A stretch of 26,776 bases of DNA from the IMG/VR virus record IMGVR_UViG_3300049144_000064, positions 1 to 26,776 of that record, one strand, 5' to 3'. Made by a program: the position numbers and the translations under genes. This document shows, piece by piece, positions 1 to 8,021 of the stretch. Positions within the stretch are counted from its first letter, which is position 1. Each line of letters starts with the position of its first letter. The DNA is from a virus (Duplodnaviria > Caudoviricetes). The notes beneath the pieces are model-generated. The model was given only the letters and a program-made list of their open reading frames with translations, was not told the DNA's origin and searched no databases.

Positions 1-58
1 CCCCCACCCCGAGGTCGCGGCGGCGCCCCGCGCCCCGGCCCCGCACGCCGGCGCGCCA

Positions 59-88
59 GTCCGGCCCCCGCGACGGCGGGGGCCGGAC
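59..88. terminator. Perfect 13-bp GC-rich hairpin upstream of the left operon
   Basis: GTCCGGCCCCCGC-GACG-GCGGGGGCCGGAC; no clear U tract. Confidence 0.5.
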
Positions 89-132
89 CCGTCTTCAAGG
101 CGCACGACACCCGCGCACACCGAGGAGCCGAT

Positions 133-1080
133 GTGATCACCGCCGACAGCTTCCCGACCCCCGCTCTCGCACTGCGGAGCGCAGATCCCGCCGAGCTGCG
201 GCGCGTCCGGGCGTTCGCGCACGAGCAGGCCGTGTTCGCCGAGCAGCTGCGCGTTCGCCTGGCCGCCCAGTGGCGCGAGCGCGGCCACCACGAGCGGATT
301 GTCCTGCTGCGCCAGGCGCACGACGACGTGGTGGAGTGGCGATACGCGCTCGCGCTGCAGGCACCCGGCCGCATCGGGGCCGGCATCCCGCTCGACCCGG
401 AGCGGTTCCGCACCACGCTGCGCGACGGCGGGGTGAACTACGACCGGCTCGGCTACCTCAGCCGGCTCCACGCCGGAGCCACCTGGGACCCGGCCAGCCG
501 GACGTTCCAGGGCGGCACGCCGACACCGGCCAGCGAGGTGATGATGGAGTACGGACGGCGCGCGCTCGAGCGGTTCAAGTCCGAGTGGCCGGACGGCGAC
601 GTGCTGGCCAACATCGTGGCGCTCCCGGGTACGCACCGCCTCCTCGTCGGCAACAGCCTGGTCCGCGGTGCCGCGGCCGAGAAGATCGCGGCGGACCTGG
701 TCGCCCGGGTCGCGGCGAGCGGTCGCGACACCAGCCAGATGGAGGTCGGTGACCATCCGATCTACGTCGTCTCCGCTGCTCCTGATGACGGCGACACGAT
801 GCACGGGGTGGCCTTGAATCTGCTGGCGGGCACCGACGATCTTGACCGGTTGGACCTGGTGCGGGCCTGGCAGAACGCGCGTTACCTGATGTACCAGGCG
901 CCGAGGACGAAGAAGGGCTCGGACGCGGTGACCAGGACGTTCCTGGTCGCGGTCGGCGCGGTCCTGTTCGGCGTCGCGCCGGTGCTCGAACCGGACGTCG
1001 ACCTCCGGTGCCTCGTGCTCGGACAGACCGCGGCCACCGAGATGGCCGCCGACATGCCGCTCTACGCCGCGGCGCGATGA
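133..1080 (+). CDS. Hypothetical protein, putative AvrB-like Fido-fold enzyme (315 aa)
   Basis: RBS GAGGAG at 122-127 before GTG. Motif YLMYQAPRTKKGSDAVTR followed by DVDL and an N-terminal EWR resemble AvrB/AvrC-type degenerate Fic motifs (by eye). Confidence 0.6.
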   Translation: MITADSFPTPALALRSADPAELRRVRAFAHEQAVFAEQLRVRLAAQWRERGHHERIVLLRQAHDDVVEWRYALALQAPGRIGAGIPLDPERFRTTLRDGGVNYDRLGYLSRLHAGATWDPASRTFQGGTPTPASEVMMEYGRRALERFKSEWPDGDVLANIVALPGTHRLLVGNSLVRGAAAEKIAADLVARVAASGRDTSQMEVGDHPIYVVSAAPDDGDTMHGVALNLLAGTDDLDRLDLVRAWQNARYLMYQAPRTKKGSDAVTRTFLVAVGAVLFGVAPVLEPDVDLRCLVLGQTAATEMAADMPLYAAAR

Positions 1081-1433
1081 CACCAGCGCAGGAACGTGAT
1101 CCCAAGGGCGAGAAGAGCAAGCTGACCGACGCCGAGATGATCGAGTGCCACGGTCGCGGCATGTCGGTCGCCGAGATCGCCGCGGCGGCCGACCTGAGCC
1201 TCACCTGGGTGTACCGGCGGCTCAAACGCGCTGGCGCGGATGTTCGCCGTCCTGAGCCGAAGCCGTGCCCTGTGCCGATCGAGCAGCTTGCCGAGGAGTA
1301 CGCCGCAGGTGCCAGCATCCTCACGCTCGCCGAGCGCCACGGGCTCTACTTCAAGCGCGTGCGGCAACTGCTGCTCGGCCACGGCGTGACGCTGCGCCCG
1401 TCGACGAAAGCAGGCAGGGATGCACGCACGTGA
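1077..1433 (+). CDS. Tandem helix-turn-helix protein (actinobacterial HTH_58-like, 118 aa)
   Basis: ATGA overlap with upstream stop; two units GMSVAEIAAAADLSLTWVYRRLKRAG and GASILTLAERHGLYFKRVRQLLLGHGVTLR. Confidence 0.8.
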   Translation: MTPAQERDPKGEKSKLTDAEMIECHGRGMSVAEIAAAADLSLTWVYRRLKRAGADVRRPEPKPCPVPIEQLAEEYAAGASILTLAERHGLYFKRVRQLLLGHGVTLRPSTKAGRDART

Positions 1434-1497
1434 CCGCCAGCTGCTCGCCGGGCTCGCCGAGGTGAACCGCGAGATTGCAGCCGCGGAGCCACGATGA
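1420..1497 (+). CDS. Small ORF MHARDRQLLAGLAEVNREIAAAEPR (25 aa), peptide or gene remnant
   Basis: Fills the gap between the two HTH genes; ends with ATGA overlap onto 1494; below the ORF-track size cutoff. Confidence 0.45.
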   Translation: MHARDRQLLAGLAEVNREIAAAEPR

Positions 1498-1841
1498 CCA
1501 CCGAGTACACCCCCATTCCCGACGAGGTGGTGCGGGAGCTGGCGGGTCACTACGTGGCCGGGGAGACGATCGAGGGGCTGGTGGCGCAGTACCCGTACAG
1601 CTACCGCAAGATCCGGATGGCGTTACTGGGCGCCGGGATCACCCTGCGACCGCCGAGGATTCCGCTGCCGCCGGTCCCGCCCGGGATGGTGGCCGCGTAC
1701 GAAGGGGGCGCGTCGATCCGTCAGCTCGCTGCCCGCTACGGGCACAGCTACAACCAGACCCGGAACATGCTGCTGCAGGCCGGGGTGACGCTGCGCGGGC
1801 GCGGACGGGTCAAGGAGTCGCCGGAGCGCCGGCAGGCTTGA
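1494..1841 (+). CDS. Tandem helix-turn-helix protein (HTH_58-like, 115 aa)
   Basis: Repeats YVAGETIEGLVAQYPYSYRKIRMALLGAGITLR and YEGGASIRQLAARYGHSYNQTRNMLLQAGVTLR; in-frame TTA codon at 1623-1625. Confidence 0.85.
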   Translation: MTTEYTPIPDEVVRELAGHYVAGETIEGLVAQYPYSYRKIRMALLGAGITLRPPRIPLPPVPPGMVAAYEGGASIRQLAARYGHSYNQTRNMLLQAGVTLRGRGRVKESPERRQA

Positions 1842-2090
1842 AGTCGGGGGTGTCGTAGAGCGGCCCGAAGCCGTCCGTGCCGTCTGGCCGCGGGTGCGGC
1901 ATGCCGGAGCCCCAGAACGGGACGTCTTCGTCGTCGTTGATGTCCCAGTGGCCTGGTCGAGCCCTTCGGGGTTGACGTGCTTGAACCACCGGTCGCAGGC
2001 GGTGCGTGTCGGCCAGACGCGTTTCTCTCGGGTGATGCGATGGCGGGCGACGCAGGGCAAGGCGGGTTCTCCTGGGCGGCGGTGGTGCAT
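1810..2090 (-). pseudogene. Small phage gene interrupted by an apparent 1-bp deletion near 1949 (~93 aa if repaired)
   Basis: High-GC3 frame MHHRRPGEPALPCVARH...NPEGLDQA (2090-1950) switches to high-GC3 frame WDINDDEDVPFWGSG...PATP* (1947-1810); one added base joins them. Confidence 0.55.
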
Positions 2091-2155
2091 GCCGCCCGGC
2101 CACGCTCCGGTGCGAGTGTTCGATTCTCGTGGGCTCGTGGCCGGTGCGGCATGCT

Positions 2156-2203
2156 GCGTGTGTCGGGCGGGACCTTCCCCGTCTCGCCCGACCCGACACA
2201 CGC
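2156..2203. repeat. 12-bp perfect inverted repeat downstream of holin (possible end-of-operon terminator)
   Basis: GCGTGTGTCGGG (2156-2167) / CCCGACACACGC (2192-2203). Confidence 0.55.
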
Positions 2204-2228
2204 TAGAACACCCGTTCGATTGGCGCAA
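2200..2228 (-). promoter_or_regulatory. Housekeeping-sigma-type promoter with LexA (SOS) box between -35 and -10
   Basis: Minus strand TTGCGC-17 bp-TAGCGT. SOS box TAGAAC-ACCC-GTTCGA at 2204-2219, one mismatch to the actinobacterial consensus TCGAAC-N4-GTTCGA. Confidence 0.7.
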
Positions 2229-2235
2229 CTGCCGA

Positions 2236-2493
2236 TCAGCCAACCCGCTTCCGGGTCATCAGTGACGGCAGCAGCGACGCGGTCGCCGAGTCGCCGGCGC
2301 CCTTCGCGGCGAGACCCTTGAGGGTCGCGGCCGCAGCGCCGAAGAACGCGGCGGTGAGCCAGCCGCGCCAGTCGGACGGGATGGCGCCGGTCCAGCTGGC
2401 CGCGAGGACCGCGGCGAACGTCTCGACGAAGGTCGAACCGACGCGCTCGGCGAGGTCCCGCAGGTAGGCGGTGATGGCGGAGAAGGTGGGCAT
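2236..2493 (-). CDS. Holin (r1t-like, 2 TM, 85 aa)
   Basis: DLAERVGSTFVETF motif, two hydrophobic segments, basic C-terminus, adjacent to endolysin; RBS AAAGGA. Confidence 0.8.
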   Translation of the reverse strand: MPTFSAITAYLRDLAERVGSTFVETFAAVLAASWTGAIPSDWRGWLTAAFFGAAAATLKGLAAKGAGDSATASLLPSLMTRKRVG

Positions 2494-2514
2494 GGTCGTG
2501 TCCTTTCTGGACGG

Positions 2515-3396
2515 TTACGCGGTGGGCTTGAGGAGTGCGGCGGCGTGGTCGGTGACGGCCTTGGCGATCTGCTGGGCGTCCTCGTCGCTGATCCGGTCCA
2601 GCTGCGAGACGTCCACGTTGGCCACCGCGGCCGCCACAGCCGAGGTGAGGGCCGGCAGCAGCTGGGCCGCGATGTCGGCGGCGGTGGCGCCCCCGCTCTG
2701 GGCGAGCAGCTGGCCGACCATCGCGCGGATGGCCGCGGTGTCGCCGTTCGTGAACGTCAGGAACGCGGACGCGGGCAGGAAACGCGGCGGCGTCCCATCC
2801 ACCTCGACCGCGCGTGACATCCACGCGTCCACGGTCGCCTTGGCGCTGGCCGCGGCGATGGCGTTGATTTCTTCCTGTGTGGCCACGAGTTCCTCCTGTG
2901 AGTTGCCCGGGTCGACGCCCGGCCAGTAGTCCGCCGCGATGTTGATGTCGACGCCGAGGTAGTCCCCGGTGTGCTGCTTGGCGATGGCGGTGATGCCGTC
3001 AAGCACGGGGAGCGTCTTCGTGCCGCCGTCCCACTGGGCGATCCAGTAGAGCGGCTGCGGCACGCCCTGGTCCTTGAACGCCTTGATGACCTGCGGCCAG
3101 GTGCTCTTGTTGACGTAGATCGTCGGGTACGCGAACCCGGATCGGCGCCGCATCGCGGCCCAGCCGGGTGCCTGGGCGGGGGTGGCGTCGCCGGGCTCGA
3201 CGTCGAGGACGTGGCCGGCGTTGGTGCTGGCCTTCTTGACGATCTCGACCCGGCGCGTGGACTCCGGGAACAGCCGCCAGTCGGCCGCCGACCAGGGTTC
3301 GAGCTTGATCTTGTCGATGTAGCCGGCCACCAGAGCCGGTTCCCGGTCGTGGTTCAGGATGTTCCGCGCCGTGACCGCGTCGTACATGGTCCGCAT
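2515..3396 (-). CDS. Endolysin, GH25-like muramidase plus helical C-terminal domain (293 aa)
   Basis: LDVEPGD (DxE), PTIYVN, YWIAQW and GVDIN motifs; RBS GGAGG before ATG 3396. Confidence 0.8.
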   Translation of the reverse strand: MRTMYDAVTARNILNHDREPALVAGYIDKIKLEPWSAADWRLFPESTRRVEIVKKASTNAGHVLDVEPGDATPAQAPGWAAMRRRSGFAYPTIYVNKSTWPQVIKAFKDQGVPQPLYWIAQWDGGTKTLPVLDGITAIAKQHTGDYLGVDINIAADYWPGVDPGNSQEELVATQEEINAIAAASAKATVDAWMSRAVEVDGTPPRFLPASAFLTFTNGDTAAIRAMVGQLLAQSGGATAADIAAQLLPALTSAVAAAVANVDVSQLDRISDEDAQQIAKAVTDHAAALLKPTA

Positions 3397-3398
3397 GC

Positions 3399-3434
3399 TC
3401 AGCCTCCATTCGCGGTCATGAGGTTGGGGTCCAT
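3399..3434 (-). CDS. 11-aa mini-ORF MDPNLMTANGG
   Basis: GGAGGT RBS, TGATG overlap with upstream stop; its 3' end contains the endolysin RBS. Confidence 0.4.
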   Translation of the reverse strand: MDPNLMTANGG

Positions 3435-4162
3435 CAGCTACCTCCAAGGGGTGGCGGGTCGCTGCTCGGCGGCGCCGAGTTGCTGTTCGGGTCGACGCAC
3501 GCCTTCCCGGCGTACGTGGTGTGGTCGGGCGCGGTGATGACGGCGTCGCGCAACTCGTAGCCGGGCGGGCACGTCGGACCCGGCTGCCCCTCGGCCCCCC
3601 GGCACTGAGCGGCCTCGGCCATGCACGCCGGCGGGTCGCCCTTGTCGCCCTTCTCCCCCTGCGTGCCGCGGCACGGCTCGTTCGCCTGCCCGCAGTACGC
3701 CGCGATCTGGGCTCCCCAGTCCGGGACCGGCGCGTCTCGACCGTCGTGGCCGTCCTTCGGCGCCGGGACGCGGGCGAGCACGGCGTCGACGATGAGGTCG
3801 AAGTTCGGGGTCCGTCCGTCCGGACCGCGGCACGGGTTGCTCGGCGCCGCGCAGTACTCCGCGACCGCGGTCCGCGCGGCCTGCCGCAGCGCCGCCGGGT
3901 CCACGGGCGCCTCCGCCTGAGCGACAGGCGGCTGGTCCCGCAGCTCCGCGGCCTTCGCGCACGTCCCGTCCGGCCCGAGCTCGGCCGCCGCCGCGCCGCC
4001 CTTCGCGCACACCTCCGACACCCGCTGGGCGAGGCTGGTGGTTTGCTGCTGCAGCTGCGCCGCGTCCTTCCGGACGATGAACGGACCGACGGTCGCCCAC
4101 ACCGCGGCCGCGACCGCGATGGCGGCGAGTACTGCGGTGACGAGCGTGGTCCGGCTACGCAT
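3434..4162 (-). CDS. Membrane-anchored Cys-rich collagen-like protein of the lysis cassette (242 aa)
   Basis: N-terminal TM/signal, short coiled coil, repeated C-x6-CRG units and GXY triplets (GEKGDKGD). Confidence 0.75.
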   Translation of the reverse strand: MRSRTTLVTAVLAAIAVAAAVWATVGPFIVRKDAAQLQQQTTSLAQRVSEVCAKGGAAAAELGPDGTCAKAAELRDQPPVAQAEAPVDPAALRQAARTAVAEYCAAPSNPCRGPDGRTPNFDLIVDAVLARVPAPKDGHDGRDAPVPDWGAQIAAYCGQANEPCRGTQGEKGDKGDPPACMAEAAQCRGAEGQPGPTCPPGYELRDAVITAPDHTTYAGKACVDPNSNSAPPSSDPPPLGGS

Positions 4163-4391
4163 CTAGATCACCGACCTTCCGCCGTTTGCACCGAGCGAGT
4201 TCCTCTTCGGCCTTCCGGCGTTTCGCGGTCTCCTCGTCGAGCCGGGCGCGTTCGTCGTAGAGCTGCTTGGCCAGGCCATCACCGCGCTTCTCGGCGCGGA
4301 GCCAGAGCCGTAGGAGGACGGTGATGACGAGGATGAAGACAGCCGACGGGCCTGCCGATGGAAGGAGGTTGGCAAGGTCACCCACCGTCAC
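4155..4391 (-). CDS. Single-TM coiled-coil membrane protein (holin-like lysis accessory; start 4391 or 4385)
   Basis: TM AVFILVITVLLRLWL followed by charged heptads; position in lysis cassette. Confidence 0.7.
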   Translation of the reverse strand: MTVGDLANLLPSAGPSAVFILVITVLLRLWLRAEKRGDGLAKQLYDERARLDEETAKRRKAEEELARCKRRKVGDLDA

Positions 4392-4441
4392 CCCTTTCGT
4401 GCTTTGTGGACGGTCCGCGTCCGGACGACATCAGGACCGGA

Positions 4442-4699
4442 TTACGTGGAGATGGGGTCGTACTGGAATGCGAACTCCTCGGCCGTGAGGATGGTGGGCG
4501 CGCCGTAGTTCACCAGCGCCGTCCCCGGGGGAAGTACGTGCTCGACACCGAAAGCGTCGGTGTAGTGGAGTTGGTTGCCGCTGACAGAAACCGCGTAGGA
4601 CGTCCCCTCGAACAGGATCGGTGCGCAGAATTCCAGCACCTCGGCCACGTTGCTGCCGTCCCACACGGCGTAGGCGACTTTCGGGGAACAGAACTTCAT
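4442..4699 (-). CDS. Hypothetical phage protein (85 aa)
   Basis: RBS GGAAAGG; normal composition; sits between tail and lysis genes. Confidence 0.7.
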   Translation of the reverse strand: MKFCSPKVAYAVWDGSNVAEVLEFCAPILFEGTSYAVSVSGNQLHYTDAFGVEHVLPPGTALVNYGAPTILTAEEFAFQYDPIST

Positions 4700-4718
4700 C
4701 TCTCACTCGCCTTTCCTT

Positions 4719-5213
4719 CTACGCGTTGACACAGGTGACCGTGAAGGCCCAGCCGTGGTTGCTCGTGTCTGCCGCGATACCGCCCGTGCTGGTGTTCATG
4801 CGGCCGGTCAGCACCACCACATACGGGCCGGTCGTCGGCGCGGTGACCAGACCGCGGACGACGAGGGGGTTGTTGTCGGCGGCGCTGCCTCGCGAGATGT
4901 TCGGCGCGATCTTGCCGTCGGGCACCTGTGTGCCGGACGTGTCGACGGTCGACCCGGCCTTGTACTTCAGCTTGAGGAACATGTTCGCCCCGGCGGATGC
5001 CGCGTTGCCGACGCCAGTGAACTCGATGAGGTACTTCCGGCCGGCCACGAAGGGGACGGCCGACAGGGCCGCGCCGACGGACTCGGTGGTGGTCCAGCTG
5101 AGTGCGTCGCCGGCGCCCGCCGACACCTGTGAGGCGATCATGACGCCGGTGGCGGCGATCGCGTTGAGGTCGGAGGCCCGGAGCTTCATTCCGGCGGTAA
5201 ACGGGTCAGCCAT
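4719..5213 (-). CDS. Minor tail / tail-fiber-like protein (164 aa)
   Basis: N-terminal FTAGMKLRASDLN motif typical of actinophage tail fibers; beta-rich C-terminus. Confidence 0.7.
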   Translation of the reverse strand: MADPFTAGMKLRASDLNAIAATGVMIASQVSAGAGDALSWTTTESVGAALSAVPFVAGRKYLIEFTGVGNAASAGANMFLKLKYKAGSTVDTSGTQVPDGKIAPNISRGSAADNNPLVVRGLVTAPTTGPYVVVLTGRMNTSTGGIAADTSNHGWAFTVTCVNA

Positions 5214-5222
5214 CGTGATCTC

Positions 5223-8015
5223 CTATTGGCCCAGGACCGGAAGATGCCACACGGACACGGACAGCCCCGCGGCGCGGGAAACGGGAAGCGCGTCGACGGT
5301 GAACGTCTGCGGGCTGGCCGCGCCGGAACAAGCTGTCGCGCGTACCTGGATGCCGCCGACGTCGAGGTAGAGCGGGTAGTTGTCGGCGACGGTGGTCCAC
5401 AAGGGACCGGATGGTGTGGCCACCGAGAGGGAGGTGGCTCCGGCTGCGGCGGTGGTGTTGATGGTGCTTCCGTCGGTGTCTGCGCGGCCGAGCCACGGGT
5501 TTGTGTCGCCGGTGGTGTCGGCGACTTCGGCCACGGTGTATGGCAGGGCTGGTGCGCACACGAATTCGATGGTGTGGTGCCGGCCGCCGAACCGGCGTTT
5601 GTAGCCGTAGACGATCTGCGAGACCGTGCCTTCGATGAACCCGGACTTCGGGTTGGTGATCTCGATGCGGTCGCCGACCCACACGCCGAGCAGATCGAGG
5701 TAGAGCTGCGTGCTGGACGTGGCCAGCTTGGATAGGTCGGCGTTGATGCTGGGATATCGGGATTCGTCGACGGTGCCGACGTGCACGACCCATGACGCCA
5801 TGTCCGGGAGGTCGCTGTCGAGTTCGAGGCTGTAGGAGTCGCTGTCGTCGTATCGGCCGACGCCCTCGCCGGAGGTTGGGGAGGTGAGCGCGAGCGGCCC
5901 GGTCTCTTGCGTGGCACGGTAGGAGGATCCGTCGATCTTCATGGCGGTGAAGTCGTTGATGATCAGCTGGTCGTCGTCAACGGCCTTGAACGGCGGCTGC
6001 ACCTGGCCGGCCGAGTAGTCGAGGGTGACGAACGCCGTGCGGTTGTAGAGCGCGCGCATGGTGAACAGGACGAGGCCGATGATGTCCCGGGATTCGAGCA
6101 GGAATCCCATGTCGGACTTGACGGCTTCGTCGAGCAGTGCAAGGAAAGTAGTCTGCTTCTGCTTCCCGAGTGTCACCTGGTCGTCGATTGTGGAGCGCGT
6201 GCGCTCGAAGTTGATGTCGTCGTTTTCCGCGCAGAGCCGGATCATGCGCGTCCGGATGCCCTCGCCGTTGTAGGCGTTGAGCGCGAGGGCGTTCACGAAG
6301 ATGCTGATGATGTCGTTGCGCAGTGCGATGTGCCCGACGGCGGTGCCGACGAGCTGGAGATAGGGGTCCACGATGAACTGCGACGGCGCCGCGAACGTTT
6401 GGCTGGCGACGGTTCCACCGACCGTGGTGCCGCCAGTATTTCCCGGACGCAGGAACGCGGCTACGTAGTCGATGTTTGCACCGTTCTGCGTCAGCTCAAC
6501 AGACACTTGAAACGGTGTTCCAGTGATGGGGCCGGATGACGATGTAAGCGGAGCCGACGTGTGGATCGCAACGCCAAGGCGGTTGTAGAAGACGAAGTAG
6601 ATGTTCCCGGTCCCGCTCGTGCGATAGGCGATGTCGACGAACCAGATCGTGCCGCCCTCGAAGTGCATCCGGATGATGGTGGCGGTGTCAGTGTCACCAC
6701 TGTCCGGAATGGACATCAGGAAGATTAGCTGAGCCTCACCCGTCGCCGCCGCCGACACGTGCGGCGAATACCACCGCGACCCATTCGGCTTCCCGATCGG
6801 TGCCGACCCAGGAGCAAAGTCCGGACAGGACGCCAGCTGCGAGTCGCCGCTGCTCGTGTCGATCGTCATCGGGTCCGTGTCCGGCAGGCCCGACGCAATG
6901 TTCGTCGCTTCCGAGCCATCCTCGACCGGGTAGTACAGCAGATGCGGCGGCGAGGTGTTGATGTTCGCGCGCGAGTACGTCGACGGCAACGTCGTCTGCC
7001 CCTGGGTGAGCCGACGCCGCAACCCCGCCGCTTCCACCTGACCGAACACGTCGTTGCCCGAGGTGTCCCACTCGGTTGGCCACGACGTCGCTTCGCCGTG
7101 AAACTCGTTGATCCGCACGTCCAGGTCGTCGACGGCCAGCGCGAACGTCACGTTGGTGTTCCCGACGCCGGTCGCGCCGTACACGCCGATCCAGCCCTTG
7201 CCGCGGTCCGCGTACGCCGTCCCCTCGGTCGCGTTCTCCACGTAGGAACCCTCGACCAGCCAGTCGAACGGCTCCTCCGAGGCGGCCGGCCACACCTTCG
7301 CGCGCAACGTTTGCCCCGACAGCTGCGCCTTGATCCGGATTTTCTGCCCGGTGAATGCGAAGCTCGACACCGCGACGCCGGTGACGACAGAGTCGATCGA
7401 ACTCGGGCCGACGTGCACGACGTCGAGGGTCATCGCCTCGGTGGTCGTGATGTTCAGCCGGGCGATGAAGTAGTCGGTCGTCGAGATCCCATTCAGGACC
7501 AGACCGCAGGCGATGTTGCCGCCGACGACGTTGCTGAACGGGACGGTGAACGACGCGGCCACGTCGACGTCCCGGAACAGCTGGCCCGCCTGATACGCCA
7601 GCAGACTCTGGGCGGCGGCGGTGAACGAGAGCGTGCCCGCAGTCCCTGTCGTCGCGTAGAGGGAGGCGGTGCCGGTCGTAGTCCATGGCTGTCCGGTAGT
7701 TCCGGTGCCCCAGCCGTTCGACGTGGTCCGTGTGAACGTGTCCCGCGCGACGCGCACGGCGACCCGCAAGGGTGTGTTCTGTCCCAGCGATCGGTAGTAG
7801 GCGCCGAGTGGGTTGCGGGGGCTGTAGTTGCCGCTGCGGTTGTTGATCGTGAATGAGCACGACGCAGGCGGCGGAGTCGATGACCGGGTCACCGACGAAT
7901 ACCCGTAGGTCACCGTGATCTGGTCGGACAGCCGGATGTCGCTGGTGATGTCGGTCCACGCGTCGTTGACGAAGATCTCCGCCACAACGTCCTCAGGCAC
8001 AGCTGGGAAAGTCAC
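5223..8015 (-). CDS. Large minor tail (tail-tip) protein with lectin-like beta domains (930 aa)
   Basis: Follows TMP; N-terminal WTDITSDI...CSFTINNRSGNYSPRNP; beta-rich Thr/Gly/Ser composition. Confidence 0.8.
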   Translation of the reverse strand: MTFPAVPEDVVAEIFVNDAWTDITSDIRLSDQITVTYGYSSVTRSSTPPPASCSFTINNRSGNYSPRNPLGAYYRSLGQNTPLRVAVRVARDTFTRTTSNGWGTGTTGQPWTTTGTASLYATTGTAGTLSFTAAAQSLLAYQAGQLFRDVDVAASFTVPFSNVVGGNIACGLVLNGISTTDYFIARLNITTTEAMTLDVVHVGPSSIDSVVTGVAVSSFAFTGQKIRIKAQLSGQTLRAKVWPAASEEPFDWLVEGSYVENATEGTAYADRGKGWIGVYGATGVGNTNVTFALAVDDLDVRINEFHGEATSWPTEWDTSGNDVFGQVEAAGLRRRLTQGQTTLPSTYSRANINTSPPHLLYYPVEDGSEATNIASGLPDTDPMTIDTSSGDSQLASCPDFAPGSAPIGKPNGSRWYSPHVSAAATGEAQLIFLMSIPDSGDTDTATIIRMHFEGGTIWFVDIAYRTSGTGNIYFVFYNRLGVAIHTSAPLTSSSGPITGTPFQVSVELTQNGANIDYVAAFLRPGNTGGTTVGGTVASQTFAAPSQFIVDPYLQLVGTAVGHIALRNDIISIFVNALALNAYNGEGIRTRMIRLCAENDDINFERTRSTIDDQVTLGKQKQTTFLALLDEAVKSDMGFLLESRDIIGLVLFTMRALYNRTAFVTLDYSAGQVQPPFKAVDDDQLIINDFTAMKIDGSSYRATQETGPLALTSPTSGEGVGRYDDSDSYSLELDSDLPDMASWVVHVGTVDESRYPSINADLSKLATSSTQLYLDLLGVWVGDRIEITNPKSGFIEGTVSQIVYGYKRRFGGRHHTIEFVCAPALPYTVAEVADTTGDTNPWLGRADTDGSTINTTAAAGATSLSVATPSGPLWTTVADNYPLYLDVGGIQVRATACSGAASPQTFTVDALPVSRAAGLSVSVWHLPVLGQ

Positions 8016-8021
8016 GGCGGA

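Noticed and set aside
1810-2199. 129-aa ORF starting at GTG 2199
   Set aside because: The start abuts the predicted -10 and the N-terminal half is Arg-rich off-frame sequence; a frameshifted gene from 2090 fits better.
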